DNA from: an uncultured Planctomycetota bacterium
Lineage (GTDB): Bacteria; Planctomycetota; Planctomycetia; Isosphaerales; Isosphaeraceae
DNA length: 64,000 nt
Assembly (NCBI GenBank): GCA_963845755.1
Contig: CAWJTV010000020.1
Span: 128,001 to 192,000 of the forward strand
Reading direction: 5' to 3'
Shown: in pieces, positions 32,433-43,967 of the stretch
Position numbering within the stretch: position 1 is the stretch's first letter
How the letters are laid out: every line of letters begins with the position of its first letter
Translations under genes and position numbers: made by a program
The notes under the pieces: generated by a model
The model's input: only the letters and a program-made list of their open reading frames with translations
What the model was told of the DNA's origin: nothing
Database searches by the model: none

Positions 32433-34823
32433 ATGTTGAGGTTTCGCGCGCGATGGATCGGATGGATTTCGGCCGTCGTCTTGATGGGATCCATCATCCC
32501 ACAAGTCTGGTCGCAAGGGATCATCATCGACCGACGGCCGCATGTGCCGGTCGCCCGGTCGTATGAGATCCGCGAGGTGAACATCGATGCCCGGGTGCGG
32601 GATCAGGTGGCCGAGGTCCAGGTCTCGCAGACCTTCCACAACCCCGGCTCGTTTCCGCTCGAATCCGAGTTCCTGTTCCCGCTTCCGGAAGAAGGGGCTG
32701 TTCAGAACTTTGTGCTCATGGTCGACGGCCGCGAGCTGCCTGGCCGGCTGATGTCCAAGGACGAGGCCCGGCGGATCTACGAGGAGATCGTTCGGACCAA
32801 GCGCGATCCGGCCTTGCTCGAGTACATGGGGCGTGGATTGTATCGCACCAGCGTCTTCCCGATCCCGCCCGGCGCCGATCGCAAGGTGACGATGCGCTAC
32901 ACCCAGCTCTGCAAGCGCGATCGCGACGTCGTCGAATTCGCCTATCCGTTGAGCACTCAGAAGTTTACGGCCAAGCCGATCCAGCGGCTGATCGTCCAGC
33001 TCTCGATCCGGAACAAGGAGGCAATCAAGTCCGTCTACTGTCCCAGCGACGACGCCACGATCCGGCGGCTCGGCGATCACGAGGTCGAGGTCCGGCTCGA
33101 CCGCCACGATATCGTGCCGGAGAACGACTTCCGCCTCATTACGACGCTGGCCGAGGGTGCGTTCTCAGCATCGATGGTGAGCTACCGGCCCAGCGAGTCG
33201 GAGGATGGCTACTTCCTGGTCCTGGCCAGTCCTGAGGTCAAGCCGGCCGACACTCGTCCGCGCCCCAAGACCGTGATCTTCGTCCTCGACCGTTCCGGGT
33301 CGATGGCGGGGAAGAAGATCGAGCAGGCGCGGCGAGCCTTGAAATCGATGCTCAATAACCTCCGCGACGAAGATCTTTTCAATATCGTGGTTTACGACGA
33401 TCGCGTCGAGAGCTTCCGGCCCGAACTCCAGCGCTATCAATCGCGGAGCCGCGAGGACGCCGAGCGGTTCGTCGACAACATTCGCGAGGGCGGGAGCACA
33501 AACATCGATTCGGCGCTCAAGACTGCACTGGCGATGCTCCAGGATTCGTCGCGACCCGGTTATGTCCTGTTCCTGACCGACGGTCTGCCGACGGCCGGCG
33601 AGGTCAACGAGCAGAAGATCGCCGAGAACTGCCGGAGGACCAACGATCGCCGGGCCCGGTTGTTCTGCTTCGGGGTCGGCTACGACGTTAATGCCCGGCT
33701 GCTCGACCGGCTCAGCGGCGGCAACTCGGGCACCAGCGAATACGTGAAACCCGATGAAGATATCGAGACCCACGTCGGGCGGTTCTATTCCAAGATAACC
33801 AGCCCGGTTCTGACCGACCTCCGCCTGGAACTGGCCGGGATCGACATCAACCGGACGTATCCTCGCGACCTCCCGGACCTCTTTGATGGTGGACAGATCA
33901 TCCTGGCGGGCCGTTACCGGCAATCGGGCTCGACCACGATCCGGATTACGGGCAAGGTCGGCGACGAACGCCGGCGGTTCGAGTTCCCGTCGGAACTGGC
34001 CAGACCGTACCAGGGAAGCAGCCATGAATTCGTGGAGCGGCTCTGGGCCGTCCGGCGAGTGGGGGACCTCATCGACCAGATCGACATGAACGGTCAGAAC
34101 CGGGAACTGGTCAACGAGCTGGTGTCCCTCGAGCATGAAATACGGTCTGCTGACGCCCTACACCTCGTTCCTGGCTGATGAGCGCGTGCCACTGCACGCG
34201 ATGCGGGCCAACGCCGATCGGGCCGGCTTTTCGCTCGAGGCCCTCAATGAAGTCAGTGGCCAGGGGGGCGTTGCGCAGCGGGACTTCAAGCAAGGCTACA
34301 TGAAGGCCGCGCCAGCACCGGTACCGAACGCGAGCACGCCCCAAATGCCAGTCATCGTGGGCACGCAGGGCGGCGGGGTGGCACAGACCCAGGCGCTATT
34401 CAGACGGACCGAATCGCGGCCCGCCCAGGGATGATGGGTGGCATGGGCGGTGGTATGGGCGGCCCGCGTTACGGGCGGCGCGTCGAGCGCGAGGCGAAAG
34501 CGAAATCCGTGTTCGGTAGCCCAGCCCAAGGGTTGCAAGTGGCGTCGAGGAGTGAAGCCGGCCAATCCGCGCAGTCGAAGGTCCGCCAGATCGGCGCCAA
34601 GACCTTCTATTTCAAGAACGGCCGCTGGGTCGATTCGTCCGTGAAGCCGGAGGAGGACGCCAAGGCCGTCAAGATCGCCCAGTTCAGCGACGATTACTTC
34701 CGGATCGCCCGCACCCAGAAGGCCGAGTATAACCAGTACCTCAGCCAGTCCGAGCCGGTCACCGTCAAGCTGGAAGGCACGGTCTATCACATCGACCCGG
34801 TCGCCCAGGATGCGACGCGCTGA
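32433..34823 (+). CDS. Exported VIT + von Willebrand A domain protein; frameshifts near 34130 and 34390-34430
   Basis: VIT (QTFHNP..E..FLFPLP), MIDAS DRSGS..T..TDG, LLTPYTSFL, C-terminal KTFY..GRWVD. Confidence 0.88.
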
Positions 34824-35316
34824 ACACGATTCCGGGAAAACCAACAGCGGGAACCGTGCCGGCCGCGACCGTCAGGGCGATCTGATCCGCCCTCGAGGGT
34901 CGCGGCCGATTGTTTTGGGCCGAACCGCCTGCATGCGCCTGATCACGCGGCGAACGTCTCGTGACGACAGGACTCCTCCCAAGGAATCGTGCCACGCAAC
35001 TCATGATTTGGACAATGGTTACAATGGGGGCGCATTCCGCACTGACTGCAGCGCACCATCTCGTCCGAATCCCGCAGCCAGGGTTGCATCGGAAACCTCG
35101 CGGTTGATCTTGTAATCGCTCAGTTGTTTCGGTAAGTAGGCTTTGTGTGACCAGGGCGGACGACCAGAAGTGAATCCCGATCCTCTCGGAACGTGAAGAA
35201 TTGTAAGGATCTTCGAAGAATGCGCGCGCCGGACGGCGTGACCGACGCTCTAGCCTGAGAGGCGCGGCGGACCGCGTCGGCAGTGATCGGGTTGTAAGGC
35301 CGGGTGAATCATCAGG

Positions 35317-36264
35317 ATGGTGATCCATCGACCGGATTTTATGGTGATTGGGGCGATGAAGAGCGCCACGACCACGTTGCACGAGCAACTGGCGCGGCAG
35401 CCGGGCATCTTCATGAGCCGTCCCAAGGAGCCGAACTTTTTCAGCGACGACGCGATCTACGGGCGCGGATGGTCGTGGTACAGCTCGCTGTTTCGGCCAG
35501 CCAGCGCGGCGGATCTCCGCGGCGAGTCGAGCACACATTACACGAAGCTCCCGACCTATCCCCGAACGGTGGAGCGTCTCGCGCGGGATCTGCCGCGGCT
35601 CAGGCTGATCTACGTGATGCGCCACCCGATTGACCGACTGGTTTCCCAGTACGTGCACGAGGTGACCGCCGGCCGGATCGCGGTGGGATTGAGCGAGGCG
35701 GTGGAACGTTACCCGGAGCTGATCGATTACAGCCGATATAGCATGCAGTTACAGCCATTCCTGGAGGTTTACGGGTTCGCGAACGTGCTGCCGGTCTTTT
35801 TCCCGAGTCTGGTGAGCCGATCGCAGGACGAGCTAGTGCGGATCGCCCGGTTTCTCGGACATGATGGTCCGAGCCGATGGGACGAGGGGCTCAAGCCACA
35901 GAATCCGCGGGAAGAGCGGCTGCGTCCCAGTCCGATGCGCGAGCTCCTGGTCCAGGCGCCGGTGTTGAGCACGATCCGCCAGCGGGTCGTGCCCCGACGC
36001 TGGTCGCAGTCGGTGAAGCGGTTCTGGCGGGCGCATGTCGAGCCACCGCGGCTGACTCCCATTCTGGTAGCGCGGTTGCGCGAGGTCTTCGACGCCGATC
36101 TCGCCCAACTGGGTTCCTGGCTGGGATACCGGCTCGATTGTGAGAATTTCCAGGAAACGACCGTCGCCCGCGCGCCACGAGTGGACCGCAGTTCAGGTGC
36201 TCGGGAGCGGGGCCGGCTCGAAGTCTCCGGCCGACGCAAGGCGGGACTCGCTCGACCGCGCTGA
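35317..36264 (+). CDS. Sulfotransferase family protein
   Basis: 5'-PSB loop IGAMKSATT, KEPNFF, GESS..Y, RHPIDRLVS; 3' end overlaps the convergent GrpE-like gene and may be affected by an indel. Confidence 0.88.
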   Translation: MVIHRPDFMVIGAMKSATTTLHEQLARQPGIFMSRPKEPNFFSDDAIYGRGWSWYSSLFRPASAADLRGESSTHYTKLPTYPRTVERLARDLPRLRLIYVMRHPIDRLVSQYVHEVTAGRIAVGLSEAVERYPELIDYSRYSMQLQPFLEVYGFANVLPVFFPSLVSRSQDELVRIARFLGHDGPSRWDEGLKPQNPREERLRPSPMRELLVQAPVLSTIRQRVVPRRWSQSVKRFWRAHVEPPRLTPILVARLREVFDADLAQLGSWLGYRLDCENFQETTVARAPRVDRSSGARERGRLEVSGRRKAGLARPR

Positions 36265-36961
36265 CGGTGACTGACGGACCGTGTAGACCGAGACGATCTC
36301 GGGGCGGATCACCTTGTCGCCGACCTGGAACCCATTTCGTAGCCGGGCGGCGATGGTCTTGTTCAGGGCGGGATCTTCGGTTGCCGTCGTGGAGACCGCG
36401 CGTTGCCGGCGGGGATCGAAGATGCTTCCCTCCACGGAGAACGGTTCAACTCCCTGGCGGTAGAGGATATCCTCGATCGCGGTCTGGATCGACTCCAGGG
36501 TCCCTCGCAGGGCCGCGGCGGCGCTCCGGCTCGGCGTCGGCGGAAGCGCGGGATTCGATCATCTTGCCGAGATCGTCGTGGAGCTGGATCAGGTCGACGA
36601 AGATCGGCCTCTGGACCCTCAGCAACAGGTCCTGTTTGTATTCTTGAAGCTCCGCATGGAGCCGGTCGACCACGCGTTCGCGACTGGCCTCGGCGCGCTG
36701 CTCACGCTCCAGAATGGCCTGGAGCGCGTCGAGTCGCCGGGCGAATTGCAGGCCCAGCCCGTTGACCGCGTCCAGGACCGGCACGATGGTGATGGGGGCC
36801 GGCCGCGGCGCATCTGGTGACGGGTCGTCCTCCTCCGCCAGGGCCTCGATCACCGCGAGATCCGGGCCCTCGTCGAATGACGACGGGTCTTCGACATCCA
36901 GAATCTGGTCTGGATCGATCGGGACAATCCCCGGCTCCGGCAGATCCTCGACCTCGCCCAT
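36193..36961 (-). CDS. GrpE-like nucleotide exchange factor; frameshift near 36520
   Basis: Coiled coil VDRLHAELQEYK, LIQLHDD, then FDPRRQRAV...RLRNGF..GDKVIRPEIVSV. Confidence 0.8.
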
Positions 36962-37132
36962 GACCTGTCCTCTCTCCTCGACGGATCGCCCGGGGCGATC
37001 CGAACCGCCCACGGTAGACCGAAGTCTTGCCTCCGCACCAACCGGCATTACACTAGGTCCAACCCTCAGCGGCCCAAGACCCTCACGCCCTCGGCCGCCT
37101 ACAAGACCATCCTACCCCAGGAGGATTCGGAG

Positions 37133-37822
37133 ATGCCCCGATCACATTGGCCCGCGCCGCTCGTTTTCGTCCTGTCGGCTGTCTTGAGCCTCGCGTCTCA
37201 TGCCCAGGAGAAACCCAGCGACGCCTCCATCGGCGCGAAGCCGCCCGGAGCGGGCGTCGTGCTCTTCGACGGCACGGGCCTTTCCCGATGGGTGAAACAC
37301 GACGGGAAATCTCCCGCCGACTGGCCGGTGACCGATGGGATCCTGACCGTCGGCAGGGGCAATATCCAGACCGAGAAATCGTACGGCAACGTCCAACTGC
37401 ATCTCGAATTCAACGTGCCTTACATGCCCAAGGCGCGCGGCCAGGGCCGGGGCAACAGCGGTGTGTATCTCGGCGGCATCCACGAGCTCCAGATCCTGGA
37501 TTCGTACGGCCTCAAGCTCCAGGACAACGACTGTGGCGCCATCTACCATCAGATCGTCCCGAGGGTGAACGCCTGCAAACCGCCGCTCCAGTGGCAGACT
37601 TACGACGTCACGTTCCACAAGGCCGTGGTCGAGCAAGGCAAGGTGGTCAAGAAGGCGAGGATCACCGTGATCCACAACGGCATCACGACGATCGACAACG
37701 CCGAGATCGATCCCACCCCCGGCGGCCTCGGCAACAAGGCCGGCGAGGATGGACCGCTCCTCCTCCAGGATCACGGAAACCGCGTCCAGTTTCGGAATAT
37801 CTGGATCGCGCCGATTTCGTAG
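37133..37822 (+). CDS. DUF1080 (3-keto-disaccharide hydrolase-like) exported protein
   Basis: LFDG, GNSGV, ELQILD, WQTYDV, LQDHG..V.FRNIWI. Confidence 0.9.
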   Translation: MPRSHWPAPLVFVLSAVLSLASHAQEKPSDASIGAKPPGAGVVLFDGTGLSRWVKHDGKSPADWPVTDGILTVGRGNIQTEKSYGNVQLHLEFNVPYMPKARGQGRGNSGVYLGGIHELQILDSYGLKLQDNDCGAIYHQIVPRVNACKPPLQWQTYDVTFHKAVVEQGKVVKKARITVIHNGITTIDNAEIDPTPGGLGNKAGEDGPLLLQDHGNRVQFRNIWIAPIS

Positions 37823-37880
37823 TGTAGGCGCAACTCACCAGGCGAAAAAGACTTACGTCGGTGAGTTGCTCGCCCCCTAG
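37819..37880. repeat. Degenerate REP doublet of the same GTAG family
   Basis: gtagtgtaggcgcaactcacc (16/21 to gtagggtgggtgaaacccacc) ... ggtgagttgctcgccccctag, between convergent genes. Confidence 0.6.
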
Positions 37881-37911
37881 CGACCGAGATTGCGGTCTTC
37901 TGGAATAGGCT

Positions 37912-38442
37912 CTAAGCGGAGGCCGCTTCCTTCAGTGCCTTGAGGGCCGGCTCGTAATCCGGCTCCTGGGCGATCTCGGGGACGATCTGTATGTAACGGA
38001 TCGTATCCGCCGGGTTGACGACCACAACCGTCCGGGCCAGCAGCGGAATTGGCAGGTCCTGGATCAAAACGCCGTAGTGCTCACCGAAGCTGTGATTGTG
38101 CGTGTCGGAGAGATTCTTGAGGCTTTCGATGTTCGCCTCGGTGCAGAACCGAGCCTGGGCGAATGGCAAGTCCAGGCTGACCGTATACGCGGCAACCTTG
38201 TCGCCCAGGGCCGTGAGCTCTTCGGCGAATCGCTTCGTCTGCTTGTTGCATACGGGCGTGTCCAGTGAAGGGACGACGTTGAACAGGCGTGCCTTCCCCG
38301 CAGTGTCGGCCAGGGTCACCAGCGCCAGACCCGCCCCGACCGTCGTGAAGTCGGGCGCCTTGTCGCCCGGCTTCAGTTTCGGCCCGACCAGCGTGACCGG
38401 ATTACCCCGGAACGTCACCTCGCCTTTGCGCGTATCTGCCAT
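37912..38442 (-). CDS. tpx: Thiol peroxidase (atypical 2-Cys peroxiredoxin)
   Basis: VPSLDTPVC, SLDLPFAQARFC, EPDY. Confidence 0.93.
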   Translation of the reverse strand: MADTRKGEVTFRGNPVTLVGPKLKPGDKAPDFTTVGAGLALVTLADTAGKARLFNVVPSLDTPVCNKQTKRFAEELTALGDKVAAYTVSLDLPFAQARFCTEANIESLKNLSDTHNHSFGEHYGVLIQDLPIPLLARTVVVVNPADTIRYIQIVPEIAQEPDYEPALKALKEAASA

Positions 38443-38735
38443 GGTTGCCTCTCGTTGTGGATCCAAACAAGAACCAAAAGGGGTTGACTCACCGAAGTTA
38501 ATCAGCCTATCAACGGTCGATGGCGCGAGGCTAGAGGTTAGTGGCGACGTCAAGGCGACGGCGAGCCTGTGGGCCAGGAAGCAGGCGCCACTTGCTAGTG
38601 AAGTCTCGAAGGGTTTCGGGTCTAATGATCAGGAAGCCCGCCAGACCCGTGGTCTGGCTCCGCGCGATGGAGACTCGCGCCCATTAGAACGCAGCTCTTT
38701 CCTTGCCACCTGTCCCGTGTCACTACGACGCCACC

Positions 38736-40592
38736 ATGCGAAATGACTTCGACGTTGTCGTGATCGGCGCCGGCCACGCTGGGCTGGAAGCCGCGCTCGC
38801 GTCGGCGCGGATGGGGCTGCGGACCGCGCTCTTGACGATCAACTGCGACACGGTCGCCCAGATGAGCTGCAATCCGGCGATCGGGGGCGTGGCCAAGGGT
38901 CAGATCGTCCGCGAGATCGACGCCCTGGGTGGCGCGATGGGATTGCTCACGGACGGGTCGGCGCTCCAGTTCCGGCTGCTCAACCGTGGCAAGGGGCCGG
39001 CGATGCACAGCCCTCGCGCCCAGTGCGACAAGAAGGCTTACCAGTTCCTGGCCAAGTTGACCGTCGAACGTCAGGAAAACCTCTCGCTCCGCCAGGAGAT
39101 GGTCGAGTCGCTCCTGGTCGAAAACGGCCGGGTCGTCGGCGTCCAGTGCCGCGGCGGCGGGCGATACGGGGCGCGGGCTGTCGTCGTGACGACTGGGACG
39201 TTCCTCCAGGCACTCATGCACACTGGCGAGGTCAAGACACCCGGGGGCCGTGGCGGGGACGTTGCGGCAGTTGGATTATCACAAAGCTTTCAGTCTCTGG
39301 GATTTGAGTTGCGGCGATTCAAGACCGGCACGCCGCCGAGGCTCAACGGGCGCACGATCGATTTCGCCCGCTTGGAACGTCAGCCGGGCGATGCCGAGCC
39401 GGTCCCGTTCTCGTTCTTGACCGACTCCATCGACCAGCCGCAACTCGATTGCCATATCACTTATACAAATCCCGAGGTCCATGCGATCATTCGCGAGAAC
39501 CTCCATCGGGCCCCGATGTATTCCGGTCAGATCCAGAGTACGGGACCGCGCTACTGCCCTTCGATCGAGGATAAGGTGGTCCGATTCGCCGATCGCGACC
39601 AGCATCAGATCTTCCTCGAGCCCGAGGGCCGAAACACGCTCGAGTACTATTGCAACGGCATTTCCACCAGCCTGCCGCGCGACGTGCAAGAGGCGATCAT
39701 CGCACGGATTCCGGGGTTGGAGCACGCCGACATCATGCGATTCGGCTACGCGGTGGAATACGACTACGCCCCGCCGGAGCAGCTCCGAGCCACGCTGGAA
39801 ACCAAGCCGGTGGACCACCTTTTTTTCGCCGGCCAGATCAACGGCACAACCGGCTACGAGGAGGCGGCCGCCCAGGGACTGATCGCCGGCATCAACGCTG
39901 CGCTATCGGCCAAGGGTGAGCCGCCACTGGTGATCGACCGTTCGCGCGCCTATCTCGGCGTCCTGATCGACGACCTGGTTACTCGTGGGGTCAACGAACC
40001 TTATCGTATGTTCACCAGTCGGGCAGAGTATCGGCTGATGCTCCGTCACGACAATGCCGATCTCCGGTTGACCGAGGTGGGGCGCCAGGCCGGCCTGGTT
40101 GACGACCGCCGATGGGCCCGGTTCCAGGGCCGGCGTGACGGGATCGCGCGGTTGCGCGACATCCTGAACCGCACCCGCGCCCAAGGCGATTCCCTGTACA
40201 AGGCCCTGAGACGGCCCGAGACGACCTGGGACGATCTGCTGGCACTTGAACCAAGCGTGGAGGACCATGGCTTTTCCGCCGACATCATCGCGCAGATGAC
40301 CATCGAGGCCAAATACGACGGTTACATCGATCGCCAGCGCGACCAGATCGAACGCTTCCGACGCCTGGAGCACAAGCCGATCCCGGGCGACCTCGACTAC
40401 CAGTCCATTTCCCAACTTCGCGCCGAGGCCCGCGAGAAGTTCGATCGCATCCGCCCGCTTTCTCTCGGTCAAGCCGGCCGGATCAGCGGTATCAACCCCG
40501 CCGACATCGCCACCCTCGTGATCCATCTCAAACGCAATCGCCCCGAATTGTCAGTCGAACTCCCCGATGTTCGAGCTGGCACTCTCCCGTGA
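38736..40592 (+). CDS. mnmG: tRNA uridine-5-carboxymethylaminomethyl modification enzyme
   Basis: GAGHAG, MSCNPAIGG, RFKTGTPPR, GPRYCPSIEDK, AGQINGTTGYEEAAAQG, YRMFTSRAEYRL. Confidence 0.98.
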   Translation: MRNDFDVVVIGAGHAGLEAALASARMGLRTALLTINCDTVAQMSCNPAIGGVAKGQIVREIDALGGAMGLLTDGSALQFRLLNRGKGPAMHSPRAQCDKKAYQFLAKLTVERQENLSLRQEMVESLLVENGRVVGVQCRGGGRYGARAVVVTTGTFLQALMHTGEVKTPGGRGGDVAAVGLSQSFQSLGFELRRFKTGTPPRLNGRTIDFARLERQPGDAEPVPFSFLTDSIDQPQLDCHITYTNPEVHAIIRENLHRAPMYSGQIQSTGPRYCPSIEDKVVRFADRDQHQIFLEPEGRNTLEYYCNGISTSLPRDVQEAIIARIPGLEHADIMRFGYAVEYDYAPPEQLRATLETKPVDHLFFAGQINGTTGYEEAAAQGLIAGINAALSAKGEPPLVIDRSRAYLGVLIDDLVTRGVNEPYRMFTSRAEYRLMLRHDNADLRLTEVGRQAGLVDDRRWARFQGRRDGIARLRDILNRTRAQGDSLYKALRRPETTWDDLLALEPSVEDHGFSADIIAQMTIEAKYDGYIDRQRDQIERFRRLEHKPIPGDLDYQSISQLRAEAREKFDRIRPLSLGQAGRISGINPADIATLVIHLKRNRPELSVELPDVRAGTLP

Positions 40593-40958
40593 CGACCGCC
40601 GGCCCCGAGAGGACAGCCTGTCAGCGGAGTCCCCACTCCGAATCATTTCATTCTTTCGGATCCGCCTTCATCAACACCTGATCTCCCAAATCGTTCGGTT
40701 CATCGGTTTTTCTTAATCCGCTGACACGGTGCCACCTCCGCGCCGATGCCCAACACCTGACAACGCCACGATCGGTCTCCATCCTCTCTCTTGTCAGTTT
40801 GACCAGGGCTCGCCATTTTAAAAGCGCGGGCCGGTCATTTGGTCGTTTTCATCCTATTTTTCTTCAGGGTCTCTGGGATAAAATTGGTGAGAGCTGGCCG
40901 CGTTTCTTTTGTGCAACCCGTGAGAAGCAGGCGAGATCCGACGAATCACGCATTCGGA

Positions 40959-40986
40959 TTGACAAGGCTGGTGGTCGTTATACAAT
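40959..40986 (+). promoter_or_regulatory. Sigma70-type promoter TTGACA-N16-TACAAT
   Basis: Perfect -35 and 5/6 -10 in an AT-richer intergenic region about 240 nt upstream of the response regulator. Confidence 0.6.
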
Positions 40987-41227
40987 TGGTGGGCTTGGTA
41001 ATATTGGTAAGCTCTAAAGGTTTCGTAGATTTTAACAACGGCGAGTTACCGAGAGGTTGGTGCGAACGACGCGGCCAGGCGGGAGGCTTTGGGCGTGGTA
41101 GAGTTCGCGTCGTGAGCAGGGCTAGCAAGGAAGCCGATCAAGGGTCGTCCCCTTCCGGCGATCAGATCCCGTCGGATCGACAGGAGGGACCTTGTCCTTG
41201 ATCTTTCAAGATCGGATGTCTACGACC

Positions 41228-41809
41228 ATGAAAACCGTTTTCACGACGGGCGAGGCGGCCAAGATATGTAAGGTGAGTCAGCAGACGATCATTCGCTGTT
41301 TCGACTCGGGCCAACTCAAGGGATTTCGGGTCCCCGGCTCGAGGTTTCGGCGGATTCCTCGTGATGCGCTCTACCGGTTCATGAAGGAGAACGGCATCCC
41401 GACGGATGCCCTGGAGAGCGGCAAGCGGCGCGTTTTGATCGTGGACGACGATCAGGCCGTCGTCGACTTGATCTCGGAGGTGCTGGCCGGCGACGCCCGG
41501 TTCGAGACCCGCGTCGTGAACAACGGCTTCGGGGCGGGAATGCTGGCGAAGGAATACCATCCGGACCTGATCGTCCTGGACGTGATGCTGGAAGACATCA
41601 ACGGGCAGGCGGTCTGCGAGTTGATCCGCAAGGATCCAACGATGGCGGATATCAAGATTATCTGCATCTCCGGGATGGTGGAGGAAGACAAGATCCAGCA
41701 GTTGCGCGAGTCGGGCGCCGACGATTTTCTGCACAAGCCGCTCGATATCGATGAACTGATGCGGCGCGTCTGCCGACTGTTGGATATGGAGACCAGTGTA
41801 ACCAGCTAA
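41228..41809 (+). CDS. Response regulator with N-terminal excisionase-like HTH
   Basis: FTTGEAAKICKVSQQTIIR HTH; REC motifs IVDDD, LDVML (phospho-Asp), KP. Confidence 0.93.
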   Translation: MKTVFTTGEAAKICKVSQQTIIRCFDSGQLKGFRVPGSRFRRIPRDALYRFMKENGIPTDALESGKRRVLIVDDDQAVVDLISEVLAGDARFETRVVNNGFGAGMLAKEYHPDLIVLDVMLEDINGQAVCELIRKDPTMADIKIICISGMVEEDKIQQLRESGADDFLHKPLDIDELMRRVCRLLDMETSVTS

Positions 41810-41883
41810 GTCCGCGTGGGGATAGGCATCCGAAGCGTCAACATCCGACCGGGTCGCGGCACGAGAGGGGAAGGAGTCCCAGC

Positions 41884-43967
41884 GTGGTGCGTGTCCATGC
41901 TAGTCGGAGATCACGGCCCGAGGAACTGCGACGTCGGGCCCTGAGGCTCGATCATCTTCCCCTGCGCCCGGCCACGGCCCGCCTCGTGATGAACTCGTTC
42001 TCCGAGGACCGGCTCGACGATGACACCGAGGCGATCGAATCCTCGAAAGTCCGATCGATTTGCGCGCTGGACCCGGGGTGGATCCTCGCCCGTTCCCGCG
42101 GCTTCGAGCGGATCAGTCCGCTGGAATTGATCGCCGCACGGCCCTGGTGGCCGCGCGCGATGTCGACGGGACCGATCGCCGAGCTTCTGGGCCGGCTCTG
42201 GCGACACTCGATCGCGGTGGGGATCACGGCGCGCGGCCTGGCGCGCGAGGCCGGCGATCCCGATCCCGAATTCCTGGCCCTCGTGGGACCGCTCTGCAGC
42301 CTGGGCTACTGGGCCGTCGCCGCAGTCGATCCGGAATGGCTCCGGGAGTGGTGGCATCTGGAAGACCCGCGCGGCGCCGGAAAGAGCAAGAAGACCTGGG
42401 CATGGACCTGACCGATCTGGGGCGCCGGCTGGCCGAGCGCTGGGGCTGCGATCCCCTCGTGGCGGATGCCGCCTGGCTTCACGCCGATCGCGGGGGGACA
42501 CTGAACGCCGCCGCCGCGAGTCCCGAACGGCTGGCGATCCTCCAGGAAGCGTTCCGTTGGGCCGAGGAGACGCCCTGGTCTCTGGCCCGGCCGGACCACG
42601 AGCCCGCGCCGAGCGAGCCCAGGCTCCGGATCCTGATGGCCGAGGTTCAGGCGCGTTGCACCGGCCCGTTGGTGGATGCTGATGCCACCGTCCACGAAGA
42701 GCGGATGACTCGTCAGAATGCCCGGCTGCGGCGACAACTGGCTGCTTTGCGCGAGGTTCAGGAACGTAGCGATCGCTTCCTCCACCTCCTGGCCGAGGCG
42801 GATCCGGCCGAAACGCCCGAGGAATGGGCCGACCGCGCCGCCAAGACGTGGTGTGGCGAGTCTGCCGTGAGCGCGGCCCGGGTGGTCTGGCTGGACCACG
42901 GGAATCCCGGCCCGGGCTCGCTCCCCGCCGAAAGCCCGGAGCCGGCCCGAACCCGACCGGAGGCGCCGCCGTCCCCAGGGGCACCGGAACGCCCGCCAAC
43001 GGTCGTGTTGCCGTTGGGCGCCGCGGGGCGTGAGTGGGCTGCGGTCGAGCTCTGGTGTCCCCCGGAACGGTCGGCCGCGGACCTCCACCTCGCGATGGCG
43101 ACTGGCCGGCGCGCCTGGGAATCGTGGGCGGCCCTGCTGGCCGACCGCGGACGGTTGCAACGACGGCTAGAAACGGTCGTCGATTCGCTTCGGAGTCAGG
43201 TCGAGACCGAGGAGCTACGGCTGCGCCAGGGGAAGCTCGATGCCCTGGGTGAGTTCGCCGCAGGGGCCGGCCATGAGCTCAATAATCCCCTGGCCGTGAT
43301 CGTCGGCCGCGCGCAGTTACTTCTCGCGCACGCCAAGGACGCCGAAGTCGCGCGCTCGCTTCGCATCATCCTCACACAGGCGCAGCGGGCCCACCGCATC
43401 CTTCGGGACCTGATGTTCGTCGCGCGGCCGCCCGTGCCACGATGTCGGACCTGCCGTCCGTCCGAATTGCTCGCATCCCTGCTCCGGGAGTTCGAGCGCG
43501 AGTGCGGGGCGCGCGGCGTCCGGCTGGTCTCCGAGGTCGATGACGCGACGCCGCCGCTCTGGGCCGATCCCGACGCCCTGCGGCACCTCGGCGAGATCCT
43601 GCTCCGCAATGCGCTCCAGGCCACGCCTCCCGACGGCCGGATCCTCGTCCGATCGTCGCGCAAAGACAACGAGCTCATCTGGTCGTTCAGCGACACGGGC
43701 AAGGGGATCGGCGCCCGCGAGGCGATTCACCTGTTCGATCCATTCTTCTGCGGGCGACAGGCCGGCCGCGGGCTGGGCCTCGGTCTGCCGCGCGCGGCCA
43801 AGATCGTCGAATCCGCCGGCGGACGGCTCCGATGGTCCTCCAGTCCGGGGCACGAGACGACGTTTCAGGTCCATCTGCCCCTGACTTCACCGCCGGAGCA
43901 ATCCGGTCCCAACGCGTCTCCGCGTCCCGCGCACAGCTCTTATGCGGGTGCCTTGCTGAAAAGCTAG
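41884..43967 (+). CDS. Cytoplasmic histidine kinase with N-terminal HDOD-like region; frameshift near 42372
   Basis: LWRHSIAV, LG..LAERWG (HDOD-like); H-box AGAGHELNNPL, LLRNA, DTGKG, FDPF, GLGL. Confidence 0.85.

Noticed and set aside
41040..41120. tRNA-like start GGCGAGTTACCGAGAGG and a GAGTTCG motif
   Set aside because: No acceptor-stem pairing, anticodon arm or proper TTCRA T-loop could be built
40593..41227. Possible oriC next to mnmG
   Set aside because: No TTATCCACA-type DnaA boxes or 13-mer repeats seen
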